Positions 25,722-40,700 are shown, counted from the stretch's first letter. The stretch: 64,000 bases of DNA from Klebsormidium nitens (GCA_000708835.1 DF236972.1:303066-367065); one strand, 5' to 3'. Notes: generated from the letters alone by a model not told the origin. Translations and numbers: made by a program.

Positions 25722-28700
25722 ATGGAGTTCTTTCAGCTGTGCCGAGCCCTGGAGCTCACTAGCAGCAAGAAGGAGAAGAAAGCCAAACAGCGAATACTTC
25801 GCAGGCTGCTTGACCGCGTAACTAGGGATGGGCACCACTCCGTGCTGCGCCTCCTCGTGCCTCAGGTGAAAGAGAGCACCTTCTCTTTACAATCATTGAT
25901 ATGTATCTTCAAAGTGCCTTCACTCGCTTTATTTCTTCTCATATCTTGTCTACTAGGAACATGAATGCACCCTTAAATCTAGATGCATACTGAAGCTAGT
26001 CAAGACCAGGCATGGATGAATGTTTGCCGTCGGGTGTACCCCAGCAATCTCTGCTTAAGGTGTCATTTCCTTACACCTTGCAAACGGCCAAGCGTTCCCG
26101 GCCATCATTGACAGACACTTGATTCAGCACTCTAAAGTTGCACATTAACTAAATTTGGTTCCGTTTTGCAGAGGGACAAGTCCCGGCCCCCGTACAATAT
26201 GCAGACTACAATCATCGGCCAAGTCATTGGCGATGCCCTTGGACTGGCCGCCGACTCAGCGGATGTCAAAACACTGGTGGAGTGGCGGTCGGGGGGGGAT
26301 GCGATGGGCGTCAACGCCGGAAACTTTGCGCTGTCGTGCGTCGAGGTAAGCCTGTCATCAGCAGTCACAAGGCGCCTTGGCTTCGCACAGGAGCGGAATG
26401 CGGGCCAAAGCGGAGTATTCCGCTCCGTGGTGGTTGAACCGGAGCTAGCCCCCGGTTCGAGGCTGGTTCACAGACAACAGGGACAAGCTCTTGCAAGTCG
26501 GAGCCAATTTCCATGAACCACTTTTCTGGGGCGGAATACTCCACTTCGGCCCGGTTTGCTCCTGTTTGAAGCCAAGGCGTCCTATCAGTAGTGCAAGGTC
26601 AGATGTTCAAAGGTGACGAACTCTAGCCAATCCGCAATGGCGCTTGCGGGAACGGTGTCAAAAATGATGGCTAAAGTCGGAACTCTTAAGTGGATCTGGA
26701 CCGCCAATTTGCGAACCATAGCCAAAAGGATCCTTGATATGTCCCCCCAAGAAACCGCGTTCTCCATCCATGTGTTCTGTCAGCGAGTGGCGCGTTTCTT
26801 TCAAGCCGTTACAGACGGGCTATGGAACCCTGAATGCTTCTTTGTTTTACCACGCTCGGATTTGCGGCTTCCAAAACGATCCGAGTTTTAACCATACTAG
26901 GGAATCAGGACTTGCAAATGCGCCAAGAATCAACAGTCACAAATGCCCCTCAACAGGCGATTTGTCGAAGATCGATGAAACGGGAAATCCATGATAGGCA
27001 GTCGCTAAGCTATGATTGCGACCAACGACCCAGGGCAGATGTTGAACGGGTGATTTAGGGCAGACTCAAAGCTCGCAGGCGTTCTTGAGAAGCGCAGCAT
27101 AATGGAAAATTTCAGCCGCAAAGCTCACCAAGCTTAGTGGTGCTTACTGCAGGTGTTAGCCGCACGACAGCGCGCGACTCCCTCAGGTATCACCTGCGAG
27201 AGGATCAACGAGTTTCTGGACCGCTTCTCAAAAACAACCTACAAGTGAGCCCTCTCGTTTTCTCATATGTTCAAAGTTTTCCTCAACGGGGGTAATAAGA
27301 TGCACCATGGTTCCGTGCAAGGAACTGACTAGCCTACGGTGCGATGCGGCAGGGTTTTAGAAGCAGAGAGATATTATGACCGTCTATCTGGTAACGAAAT
27401 ATATTGCACGAGTCTGTTTTAGCTTCTGGATGAACGAACGACTGGAACGCCCACGAAGGACAGTCTCAGTCACTGTCCTTGATCGCTTTCGAGCCGTTTT
27501 CGACATAGAAACTCTGCTTTCAGTGAGAGGCTTGGGACATACATTAAATTTTCGGTTTCATGTCTCTCTGTGTTGAAGATTTCGTTCCCCAGGTTCTGTG
27601 CCACGAGATGCTGAACCTACATGCCGAGCTTGGAAAAGCTGTTGTTGTCAGATCCTGCATTTGTGCGATGTCGCGTTTCAAATGGTCAGCGCTACTTCTT
27701 GATATTGCAGGGACGTTCGGGTGGCCATCTTTCGGGAGCTGATTCACGAGACAACGACGCTCGAGATGAAGTGGATCATTGCCATCCTGCTAAAAGGTGG
27801 GACGGCAGCCAACTGGTTGGCTTCGCTCTGGCTAATGAAGTCGGGGTTAAGTTACCGGACCCGGCAGATGCCGATTGCTACCAAATTTCAGGTCTAATCC
27901 TCGGTTAAACCCTCTCGTACCCCTTTCTGAACCCTCTTTTCAGGATGGCATGGTTGGATTCGCTGTCGGCTCGCTGTGCCTCTGGTTCTCGGATCCTGGA
28001 GAGAGTTCAAAAGTTCGCAATTGGGGCCTCTGATATTTTGAGTAGAAATCCGACGCACCTTTTTGATAAAGTTGTCAAGTTGTAACGTGCATCCTATCTA
28101 CCCCAATCTTTCTGAGGCTTACTGTCATGCGGCATTTGCTTGTTTTGAGATTGAAGGTTGTCAAACTTTCACGCTTAGAACCCGGCTCTCATGCGGTCGT
28201 TCCCCCGTTCGCAGAACTGCGCTTTGGATTGGGCGATGAACCGATTCTCGAGACGTTCCACCCCGATGCGGTGGCGTTCTACAACACGAGGTGCGACCTG
28301 CGGGCGTTGTGCGCGACGCTGACGGACCGGAACACGCCATGGAATCGGACGGTGAGGGGACTTTACAAGATCTTAGTTGTGTTTGTAATTAGTTGGAAAC
28401 TGCTCAAATGAAGGCAGAAAGGGGTACTCGGTCGAGAGGGAAATGCACAGCCAAGACTAGGGAAGAAAAGGATGCGGAATGGGGGAAAACTTAAGGATTT
28501 GAAAAAGGGGAAGGGAGAGAAAGCGGAAAGGATGCGTGTTCTGAGACGGCCCAGACAAAGAAGCGCCATATGGCGTGATAATTCTTCCTTGCGCAAAGGA
28601 TCGGACACAAAGCTCACGCGACCAAACGCTTCCTTACAGCTGGCAAACCCATCGCTGGGCTCTAAGGAACGTTTCCAACTTTCTTCGGAGGGACTTTGGA

Positions 28701-31700
28701 CGCGTTTGCAAACCCTAGAGCGAGCTGCAAGTGCTGGATGTTGTGCTTATTGTCACGCGAAGTATTATAAGCCGCTTTTGGATCTAGGATTGTCTTCTCG
28801 TCAGATTCTCAAGACCAATCTGGGAGCGTTGCTCTCACTGAAAACTCGAGCCTTCGTTTCCAGGGGATCGAACTCGGGACGGCGTTTGTGCCCCAACATC
28901 TCAAGCGGGGAACCACCGTGCAAGAGGCTTGGAAACAGGTACGATCGCGGGTCGCCAGAATTCCGCTCCGTCCATTCACCGCACACCGGACTGTGTGACC
29001 TTCTGGGAAATAAGGGTACACGATTTGCGCTTTTTGCCGACATGGAGACTCTTTTTCGAGGCCTGGATTTTTGTCCGTGCAGAATCACCTGCTCTCTGGT
29101 TTCATGTGCTCCTTGTAGAAGCGCAAGGTGTTACGATATTTAGAAGCAGTAACATAAGGGCCCGTCGACTTCTGCCCGCTCAAGTCGTCTCTTAATGTCC
29201 TTAGGGGTTGTCTTCTGTGTATAGACTGTAATGTTAACGACGCTTCCAACACATTTATGTTGTTACAGGTAGTAAGTGACTCTCAACCATGATGCAAAAA
29301 TGCGCACACGGTCCTACTTTTGCTTTTGAGGAACTTTGAGTTGCTGGCTTCGGTGACCAATCCACTCGATCTATTCCGATTCGTTCAATCCCTTCAAATC
29401 CCTTCTGACAGGCAAGGAACCAACTTTGGCAAACTCTCTTCTAACGTCAGGATCGTTGTCTTGGAAACGTCAGTATCGTTGTCTCCAATGTACAGATGAA
29501 AGGGAAGTCGATCACGGTAGAGCACAAGTTCGACGGGGATCGGATGCTGCTGCACAAGAATGGGGACAAGATCACCTTCATCTCGAGGTACGCTCAACGC
29601 GCGCTGTCTCTGCATTTCACAAGGAGTTCAATTGTGACTCTCTCTTCTGACTCCGTGGACATTTTCTGCGATACTGGGAAGGCTTTACAAACAGAGACGG
29701 CGCTTTAAACGCTGGGTCTCTGGGCTCCTTATCTCAATAAAGCGTTGCTTTGAGCGGTATCCGTCGTGGCGACGCCCGAGAGAATTGAACGTTCTGGCCG
29801 TTTCTTTGTCACAAGTTTTCCGGCCCTCATCTTGTTTCTCCTTCGAGCAATCTCACCCTCCCTCGTCTATTCTGATTTAAAATGAGGCTCAAACGCTGCT
29901 TAATGTGTGCACCTCTTCCAACCGCGCTTACTACGACAGTACTAGAGCTAAAGACCAGAAAAAACGGGTGCCGAAAGTCCACCCTGTATGATCGACGGTC
30001 CGATACGCTAACCAGACTGATCGGACGGTCTACACGTGCAGGAATGCGATCCTCCATCCGGAGTACCTCCCCTTCGGCGAGCTTCTGAAGGAGCACTTGC
30101 CGGCCCGGTGGGTGGTTCTTCGCGGTCCCAGATTCTGAACTGCGAGCTGGATTCCTTCTCTCCTTTCTCCCTCATCTCGTATTCTGCAGGAGTATCGTGA
30201 TTGAGCGGTTTTTCCTGATTGACCACGAGCACGTAGGGACTGGTAGGCGAATCAAGTAGACGCGCTAAGATCTTGACGGCCTGTCAGTGTCTATGTGCCA
30301 AAGAAAACTCCTGTATAGAGAGCTCGAATCCGAACAAAAAGGGGATCTCTTCAGCGGTTTTAACGGGACAGGACTGCAAAAGTAATCTAACGTTGCACAA
30401 CACTTTCGAACTTTCCGTCCCTGAGTATCGATTCTGATGTTAGGCTGGATGAATGTGATCTCTCGCAACGGTTTTCAATCCATTCCGATATAGTTTCTCC
30501 TCCCCCTTGTTTGCGGTTCTTCCGGATTCCATCACATGGAGCCGTGATGGCCTTGGGTCGCTCAACGGAGTTCTAAATCTCACAACCTTCCCAAGGAGTC
30601 TAGCCAAGGGGTGAGAAAAAGTTCTAGAGTGTGAACTCCTCGGAATTTTTGGTTCTTGGGTATGGAGAGTCAAGTTGCGGCGACAGGGCTACTGAAGCGC
30701 TGACGGAAGCATGACTTCGTTTGTGATACGTGGCAGGTGCATCCTCGACGGAGAGCTGGTCACGTGGGACAAGGAGAGGCGCTCGTTTGGACCCCGTACC
30801 AAGGCGAGCAACAAAAATGCAGGTGGGTTTCACATTGGGCTACCTTATTTATGAGTGAGTAAGGTTGGTAGGCTCGAAATTGTGGAAAATCTTGTTTCTC
30901 AGGGGTCTTATTTGCGTTTGACGGTGGTCGGATCGATTATTACAAGATCAAGCCTTCGGGTGGAGCTCTGCGAGCTGAAGCGTTTTGCGCAACCTAACAG
31001 GCTCAGTCTGCAGCTTCGTCCGAAAGGGTGATGATGGGTCTTTTCGTACGTCCGCAAATTCGGTTCGGCTTTGCCAGACAACTAATGTGCCGGGCTTTGG
31101 AGCCTCGAGGGATTGAGGATATAGGATTTGCAACTTTGAATACTTATGGGTCTGCCGCCTGGTGTGGAAAACCAATCCTCCGCTATTTGCGGAAGAAAGA
31201 AGGCAACTTCACGAAGGAGAGGAGGTGTCTGCTTCAAGTATTATCCAAGTAGGGTTTGTTTGTGTCTTTTAGCGCTAAAGTCTTCATAGCATCAACCCGA
31301 GAAGTTCTTCAATCAAAAGTGCTTCTTCAAGTACGACTTTCGCATTCAGGCCCCCTTCGATCCCAGCCATATCTCTACCGCCGGTGGAGGAGCTCTTGTT
31401 TGTTGTTCACCTCGTGTAAGTTTGAGCAGCACTTCCATAAAGAGAGTCAGAGGGAGACGACAAGTGCTCGATCCAGTTTTCAATATCATTGGGACTACCC
31501 GAAACGACAAGTCTCCGTTCACTGACTCTTCCACTTCCGCTGTCGTTCCGCTGCAGCTCGGGCCCTCCGGAAGGACTTCGAGCACCACGAACAGGTACGC
31601 TCCACGCTCTGCGTCCATGTCGTGTCAAGGTATAAAGCGTCAGCGATTGTAAGCTGAAACCTCCAACTCAATTGCTAAGCTGTAGAATCATCTGCACCGC

Positions 31701-34700
31701 ACCCGTACCCACTTGACATCCCCAAATCAACCCTAGCCGTCCCAGGTCGGCGTTCCTACTTTCTCAAACTTACTATTCCGATTGTCAGATCTTTCTCCGG
31801 CCCGGTGGATCGTCTGGTGTCCAAGAAATCCGTACTTGAATGGTTCAACGGTTTGATATTCAAGAACCGCGAACGGAAGGCCCAAGATTCGAGTGCCTTG
31901 CTCTGAAAGAAATACCCACGTGCCCCCGCACCTTGAAGCTTGCCCTTGACACGCTAAGTCTCTACAATCTGACGGCTTTTCCTGCGGCGCAGAACTGCTT
32001 CGTGGCCTTCGACATCGTGTTCCTGGGTGACTCTGACCTTCTAAATCGAAGCCTTCAAGAGCGCAAGATCATACTGGAGAAATTGGTGCCCGAGGTTCCC
32101 TCTTTGCTCTATCGGGTCCTCCCGGGTGAGACCGCAACGCTCGCTCTGATTCGAAATCCTCATTTTGAATCATTTCTTCCCCGGTTTTGGAGAAGCTTCT
32201 ATATTAAAGTTTCCTGGTTTCTGACTTTGAGTTTACTAAAGTTTTCTCGTCTTGTCAAAGCTCATACTAATGAAAATGAAGTTCTGCTTTTCCTCCTTTC
32301 TCTACCGAGTCCTCCGCGGTGAGTTTGCAACTCGCACTCTGAATTGAAGTCTCGAGAGTGTCAAAGCGCTTTCCGCAGAGGATATTGAATCATATTGCTG
32401 CTGCTTCCGGGTTCTAATACTTCGTATGTGAGTCGTCCCGAAAAGTACACCGTATAAGCTGCTTAAGGTTTGAGAAGACTTCACAAACCGTGTCAAATGA
32501 CAATGTGTGATACTTCACTTCACCGCACAAACGGTATCCATTTGCGTGGGGATCTGGTTCGGAGATAGGGGGCAAGATGGCGTGCTTTGTCAAACGGTCG
32601 CCACTCTCCGTTGTATTGACAAGGTAAAATTTCTACAAGACAACGAGCTCACTTCAGCGATTATAAACGCATTCCTCCTTCCTTTGCTTTCCTGTGCGCT
32701 TCTGGGCACTACTCGGAGATCACAGAGCTAATCGCTGGGCGAATTGGCAGCCGTAAATTTCAGGTGGGTGTCACGTCCGCTTACTGACCTCCACGTGTGC
32801 TTCAGGGGTTGCGCCGTTCTCCATCCTACCGAAGACCGAGCAAGAAGTTGACGACTTTTTCAGCACGATCGTGACTGCGGGGTAAGTCGACTGGTACGGC
32901 CAATCTCTTGGCGCAACGAGTCTGGTGGATGAAGCGACCAATTAGACGTCGCAGTGACTCTCTGAGATCCTGTTTTGCTTTCTCAGGAAGAGTGCGCTCT
33001 TTGAAACGGTCCTGGTCTTCTCACCGAACGCCTCATGATAACGCACATTCCGAACCCACCGCTTTTACCAATTGTTAGCTGTTCATAGGTCACCTTCCTA
33101 GATTCAACTCCTCACGGGCTCAAGATACCCCTTTCAATATTTTGTATGTTTCCAACCTGTGTGTGGCCACTTGGCCCAAATCTGATCTCGCCACTCATTT
33201 AATTGTCTTCTGGACAAGGGCCATCGTATCCGCGAAATCTCTAATAGCATCCTTCCAGGCCGTCCTCATGCGATGCCTCTATTTGGGTGCTCACAAATCG
33301 CGTCCATCCATAGTATCAGTCACCAATCCTAAATAACGAAAGAAACTGAACCTCCGAACGTTGATATCAACATTTGATTTGTCACGGGTCTGGTCAGGAT
33401 ACGGGCATCAGTTGTTGGACTTTTCAGTCCCGCTAATCTCAACAACCAAAAAAACTAGATACCAACGAGTTTCAGTCCCAAAACTGCCATGTCTCCTTAC
33501 AATCAGGTCCTTTTATCCGCTTCTCTTCTTGAGTACGTTATATTTCCTCGTTTCAGGGACGAGGGCTCGGGCTTAAAGACCTGCCCTCGATGATAACAAA
33601 GATACATGAAGCTCTGTTCTCATCATTACTGCCCCTGTTCTCAAAAAATAATCTATGTATCTTCTTCACAGGGACGAGGGCATCGTGCTCAAAGATCTGG
33701 CTTCCCCCTACCTGAAAACAAAGATACATGAAGTTCTGTTCTCATCATTACCGTCTCCATTTTCAACAAACCTTTATGTACTTCTTTTCCAGGGATGAGG
33801 GCATCGTGCTCAAAGACCTTGCCTCCCCCTACGAATGCGGCGACAAGTCCGGCGCTTGGCTGAAGGTCAAGCCGGACTACGTGAACGGCGCCGTCGATCT
33901 CGACGTCCTCATCATCGGGGGCTTCTACGGACAGGGGCACCACGGGGGCAAGGTGCGTTGCTGACGTCATGCTGAAGTGGGCCGGGCTTGTTGAAACGTG
34001 CGCGTTGCTTTCTGCCCCTGGTTTGGATTCTCAAAAGAGTCTGAAATGTAGAAAGGGCGACAGCCGAGGTTACGTGGGTTTTTGTGAATGGAGTTGAGGA
34101 GTGGTGTAGAATTCAATTTTCAGTTTGGAACATATAAAGGGCCGCAAGGAACTGATTGGCGGTGAGGAAATCAAAAGCCTCGTCCTTAATTCGAATGCTG
34201 CTGCGTTCTATCTCAAACCCGCTTCAGGGGGCGGTTCGACGGACTGGAGAAAGATCTAGAGCAGTTAGATGCGGGTTGAATACGGGTACAACAGAGTTAA
34301 GACGTCCATTTGCAGGGCTTAAAAAGGGGTTAGAGAGCACCAGATGCGGGTTAGATAACAGTCAAGCCGGCCATTTGCAAGGCTTGAGAAGGGTTGAAGA
34401 GCAATCATAGATGCGGATAAGATACGGGAACAACATAGTTGAGACGTGAGGAAAAGTTTTGCTTGCCGTGTGCAGGTGGGTCAGTTCCTGTGCGGAATTG
34501 CGGACAGACCTCTCGAGGCGGACAGGCCAACCAAGTAAGCGCAAGTCTTTTCGGACGATCCCAATCTGTCACTCTGCTTAGATGCCAGACTTGTTTAAGT
34601 CACAGATTCTTGAGCACAAAACTCTCGCGAAAATAAGCTCCCAATCCCCTTGAAACACGCATCTAAGTTTGCAAATCGCACCGTTCTGTTGCGTCCGGAA

Positions 34701-37700
34701 ACTGAAACTTTGGGGTTGAAATGCCACTCGTCACTGGACAAAAAGCCCGTAGTTGCACACGACAATCTGTAGAAAAGCACACCACAACAGAATAGTGACT
34801 ATGCTGTTATGAGATCTGGCGACACCGTTATGACCTTCGGGTATGCTGCTTGACTTGTTAACTACCTGTGATTTGGCCCTAACCACCTTCTATATATCCT
34901 TTGCAGGTTCCTGTCGTTCTGCCGAGTAGGAACCGGTTTCACCAAGCTCAATCTGCGGGCGTTGCGGGAGAGGTTGGAACCCTTCAAAGTGTGAGCAACA
35001 CAGACCCCTGGAGCCCTCACCCTCTCGGGAAAAAGCAGTAAATTTGTAACGTGTCTGGAGTTCATTCATTCCAAGGAGAAGGCTTAAACTCTGCTTGACT
35101 TGTCTCGTCGGCAGCCTTTGCTCTTCAAGGTTGCAAGATGTAGGTTTCGGTCCTCATCTGAAAGCATTTGAATCTACTTTCACGGTAGTCTGTCATCAGA
35201 AGTTCCGGCTTTTACAAGTACGCAGACTCGTGCTTCAGTGTGAAAGCTTTTCTTGTTGATGGACTTGCTGTCCACGGATCTTCATTGTCAAATGATCGTT
35301 CAAATTGCTTGAGACGCTTTCGAAACTGCCGCCAAGATGCAGTGTCTTGACCTCGAAATGTAGAAGAACTACCAACTGGGCACTTTTTAAGCAGGCGAAA
35401 CGTGCCCGGTTCCAAGCCCCCCCGGTGCTACGAGGTCACTGCCAGCAAGCTCTACAGCCCAGACGTCTGGTATGACCCGCCAAGCAGGTGAGCCGTGTTA
35501 TCACTTCTTTAGGTGTTGCATCTTGCCCGTTTACGGGTTTGAGCACTTCGAAGAATTGCAGATATAAGGGCTGAGAGGTTGCAGGGTTCTCAAGCTTTCT
35601 AATGAAGGAGATTGAGGGTCACAAGGCTGCGAATATCTTGGGAAAGCCCAAGATTTCGACGCCAAAGGTTTGCGAAGGAAGTAGGGTTGGGTAAAGTCGA
35701 CAACATTGCCGCACTTGCTGCTTCACAGATGAGAACTCGAATTTCTGCTGCTGAAAGCTGCCAAATGGTAGGTCACCAAGACTGACAGCCTGGAGGCCTG
35801 CAGAGACCCTTACGAGGGGGCCTCGACGGGCTCGTACACTTACGTGCATAAGTAGACAAAACGCCGACATAATGAGTCGACAAAACGCTGATAACATAAG
35901 TTGACAGAACGCTGACAACAAGTGCGTCATAACGGTTTAGCACCGCCTGAAGGGCTCTCTTTCCGAGAGCTTCAGCAGCTGTTTCGAAAAATGTTGTGAC
36001 GAGAGTCATTTTTGGTGTCATTACAAGGAGTTGACCGGTCGTGCTAACGGCAAAAGTTTAAGGCCCATTAACCCTGGAACGCAAACCCTTGAAAATCCTG
36101 AAGCTTGCCCGTTTGCTTCTGTGGCAGCTCGGTAGTGCTGACAATTAGCTGCGACAACAAGCCACGACCCACTTGGGTGAGTCAGGTCCTTCTGCCAGCT
36201 CCTTCAGTTTTGGCTTTCCTCCACTCTTCTTCTAATCCCGCCTGTCACCGTTTTCCTCCTTTCTACTTCCTATTCCGCAACTTCGTCGAGCTTCATTTCA
36301 TGTAAAAGAGCAACAAGGTTTTGTCTATCCGGATGTTCCTTGGTTGTGCCCTCTCGCATGTCCGCCGGTCAAACTTCCGAATTACTAGGCGAAGATTATC
36401 CAAAGAGAGCCGAGAGCTTCGGTCAAAACAAAATTATTCGTCGAGATATCAGTTTCCTGAGTGCGAACGTGCGCGAACTGCTTAACCGGAAGATCAAGTC
36501 AGCAACCTTCCTTTCAAAGCTACGGTTTGTTACATTAAAACGCGATGCCCACAAAATCGCCTGAGCCGTCAACGCAGGCCAAATCCCGCTCGTCTTTTCA
36601 TATACAGTTTGGCTTGTTTAACTTTTGGCAAAGCAAGGTTTCAGAGGTGATTTTGAGGGATTATGCCCAAGCACAAACTATCCCGCTAGAAAGCTAAGCA
36701 CTCAGCCACCAACCAACCCATCTGTTGACTCTGCCCCAGTCTTTCGCCGCCCCCTGCGCCCCGTGCTTCGCGCGCTGCCACGAGATCCGATACGACAAAC
36801 CGTGGTACGACTGCCTCATCAAAACAGGTGCGGTGTTTGCGATTGCTTCTCAATTGCTTCTTCCCTGCGTCCCCTCTTCTTCGCGGCGTGTCTTGGGTCG
36901 CTGATCGTCAGAGTCTCATTTTCAGTTGTTTGTCTCTCTTTATCTGATATTGCTGCGAGACGAAAGAAAGTAAGTGCTGCATGCGTTTCGTCCTTTCGCT
37001 GTGTTTTCCTTGTCTGCCTTGATACGCTAATATTGTCCAGTGTCTTCAAGGTTTGCGTGATGGCGCACTTAGTGTCTCAACTGACAGCTGCGGCGAAAAG
37101 CTCCACAATCCTGCTCTGTTGCTTTCACCCGAAATTACTCCAGTCCTTCTTCCTTTGTCTTTTCCTGTTTTCCAGCGGTGTTGTCAGAACCGACTGCAAC
37201 CTATTTGAATGGAAGATATCTTCCATCTAAGCAAAAGAGAAGTGTGTTTGCGGGACGAAAAACCGGCGCATCATCTGCTATCCCTGCCCCCTTTTGCTCC
37301 TCGATAACTGCCTACTTACCTTCTCACCCATTCCAAGCTCCGCTCTGCAGAGCTGATCGAGATCGTCGCTCAAAACGGAGTGATCACCGGCGAGCAGTAC
37401 GCAGCTCTCGCGAAAAAGCACAAACACCCAAAACGGGGGGTCAAGCGGAAGGCAAGCGGCCAGCCGTTGGTACCCCCCCATTTGCAGCTGGCGGACATGT
37501 CGCACGTGCAGCCGGAGACGGACATCTTTGAGGGCCTTGTTTTGGGTAAGTCGGCATCAGAAGGAAAAGGTCCCTTTGACAACTCTTAAAGTGAACGACG
37601 AGAACAGACATCTGAAAAATTCTACAGTAAGAAACAAGCTTTTAGGGAGGGTTTGAGGATCAAATGGGCTCTCGTTATCGAAATTCATCTACGAACGCTT

Positions 37701-40700
37701 TGAGAGACCCAACGTCTATCTGTGACAAGCTGCAAAAAGTCGTTACACATCGCCTTGGATGCTGGCTGACTCTTTGAAATACAGTGTCTCTTCCTACCGA
37801 AAAGAGGGGAACGTTTTCTACCACGAATACTGGTGATTTAGCCAAACATTCGACTAAGACGCAGTTAAACACAGCAGATCTATTGAAAAGGACCAGGATC
37901 AATCTACCCGAGCTACTTCCTTGAAAATTCCGAACCCGAGAAACTTGAATCCTGGTCGAAAGTTTCTGATTGACTTGTCCGTGTTTGCAGTGATCTGCAA
38001 TACGCCCGAGGGCCAATCCAAGGCTGACGTCAGCCGGCTGATCGCGCGGCACGGCGGCCACGTGTCAGAGAACGTCACCGATGACGTCACCCACGCTGTC
38101 GCGGGCCGGCCGGGGGGCATCAAGTGGTCGGCGATCTGCGCGCGCATGGATATTATTCACACCGACTGGCTGGCGGAGTGCGACGCGCAGGGGGAGCTGC
38201 TTCCTGTCAGGCCGAGGTGAATAGGCTCCTCAGAGAGATAATTCTTCAACTCACTTTCATTCAGCTCGCAACACTAGAAAGCTAACCTCAATACTCCGTG
38301 TAATCCGCAAGCGCACCCACTCAACCCTCAAAGCAATCCTGCTATCGCACAATGGCAATTGTACTATTTCCAACGTTTGTTATTCCAGCATTGGAGCCTT
38401 CTCTCGACAGGATCTCTGTTGGGTACGCGGGCTTGAGAAAACATTCCCGCTTGCAATTAATCGTGTTTAGGATTCACGCCGCATGGCTGGCGGAGAGCGA
38501 CATCGACGGAGACTGCAAACCAGGCCGACTGACGATTACCTAGGGCTTAAGCCTTGTCCTTTGATGCCAGAGACTAAACACGACTTCGAACAACCCTGAA
38601 CGTGCAAGAAGCCAAGACCTTTCAAGCCGTTTCGAAAAAGCTCTTTTCCTTTTGAAGACTCGACTATGATAAAGGTTCTTTGAGCGGTGGTTTCCTGTGC
38701 AACACGTCTTAGATCCTGCCGTAATGCTTCATGAATCTGGGCTACTTGGTCTCATGTCATCCTTTCTCCGCAGCATTGGTTTGAAAGCGTTTGAAGCTCG
38801 TTATCCTTTGCAGGCACCGATTGCATCTGGCAGAGTTGGCGAACGACGCGAGATCAGATGAGTTGGACGGCTTTGGCGACTCATATGATGACGACATCGA
38901 AGAGGTGGACCTCAGACAGGTGGGCGAGCTCTGCCCTGTGGGCGCTTCGAAGTATTGTAGTTGACCTTAGATTTCTATGAACGATTGAATTTCATCAGAA
39001 ATCTAGTTTATTGAACATCAGAAGCTTTTTGAGCTCGAGATCCTGAGCATTCGCCAATTCTGTGTTTTAACATTCTTTTCATCAAACCTTCTTGGAATGG
39101 AATCTCTCCTCACGATTTCTTGATTGGACACAACTTTTTTAAGGCCTTGAGACATTGTTGAGAATGTGCGGTTTATCCGGTGGAGCCTTCGAAACATTCT
39201 GTTCCAACCAATTCATAGGCATAAGCAGCCGATGTCTTTGACAATATGCTGATTGTGTAGGGGCGCGTGACTTTTATCAACATTAACAAGTACTTTTTAA
39301 AGAGTAAGAATTGACTTGGGCGATGTTAGGATTTTGACGCTACGAATCTCAGTTCAACAGCGAGTTGAAAATCACTTGCCTGGGCTTTCCCAGCTTTATT
39401 GGGGCATTTTTCGAACATCTTACTTCTGAAGATTTTCAGTCTCTCCTCAATTCCGTTTTGCAGTACAACATCCAAAGTCCTCTTAATAGTTAGAAAGGAA
39501 ACCCTCATTCCATCTCACCAAAACCGCTCCTGATGCCGCAAGAGCTCTAGCGAATTCCAACGGTTTCAGCTCAAACCAATCACTTCAGCTTCTTTCGTCC
39601 TATCTGTGCAGATCTTTTCAAAGATGACGACACCGCGGGCACAGGAAACGCCGTTCGACGTGGGGAGCTTCGAGTGCAAGCACGGCGGCGACCTGCGCAC
39701 GGGGCTCTTCCGGGGCTGTGTCGCCTTCCTCCACGAGCCAATGCACTCGAGGTGAGGCTTCGCTGTTTTTGGAAGAGGGCGTCGTGCGACCCGTATTGCC
39801 GCGGCGACCAGATGACTCGTATGCAAGTCCCTAATCGCGAAGCACTTGATCGGATTTTGGGCGACTTGACAGCAGGGTTCACTGTGCAAGGTTCGCCACT
39901 CAATCACGTGGTTAGGCGCTGTCGTTTGCTGCTTCTCCTCTAGAGCAAGCGGGTCGACTTTAGGGGTGGTAGTGGTCTGACAATCCTGATATTCTGAAGC
40001 TGTGCCTGCTTACCCCTGTGCCGGTTAAAGCTCGTTACAGGGTCTTTTGAAGATAAGTTTGCTGGCTTTTACGCCACTTGAAGAAACTCGCAATACAAGT
40101 CGCTGCGTCTGTGCAGTCCAAAAGACTGTGGGGAAGGTGAGGATAAGAACGACAGACCAGTCTCTTGACTCGTATACTACTACACCTTTTTTTGTCCTTT
40201 GTCGAACTAGGGTTTAAGCAATAAATCGTCAAGCAGCCTAGCGGAGATAGGGAAAAGCGCAGAAGCTCAAAGCCTTTTCCTCAACTGTTCGCGCACTCTT
40301 GAAACCCGACGCTGTCAACGGAGTCACCCTTGACCCATTCTACAAACAGTCCGCCGTTGATCTCTTCCGGGCTCTCGCTCCCATTCCTTCCGTTACCTTT
40401 CCTTGGGCCATCGAAGACCTGAATTGCATGCTTGGGCTAAGTTTCACAAGATGCTATTTGCAACCCAACCACACAAGTTCAAACCCTCCTGCTAAGCTCT
40501 CGGTCATCCCGTTCCGCTAACCCCCTTTCGCTAACCTGTTCAGCTGACCCGTTCCGCTTTCTTTTCCGTGCAGCAACCCGGATTCGCGGGAGGTGGCGGC
40601 GGCCGCCCTCCGGCGGCTAGGGCTCGAGATCGAGTTCCGGGGCGGTGCTGTCGTCAGCACGCTCTCGAATGACGTCACCCACGTGGTCGTCTACGTCAGC

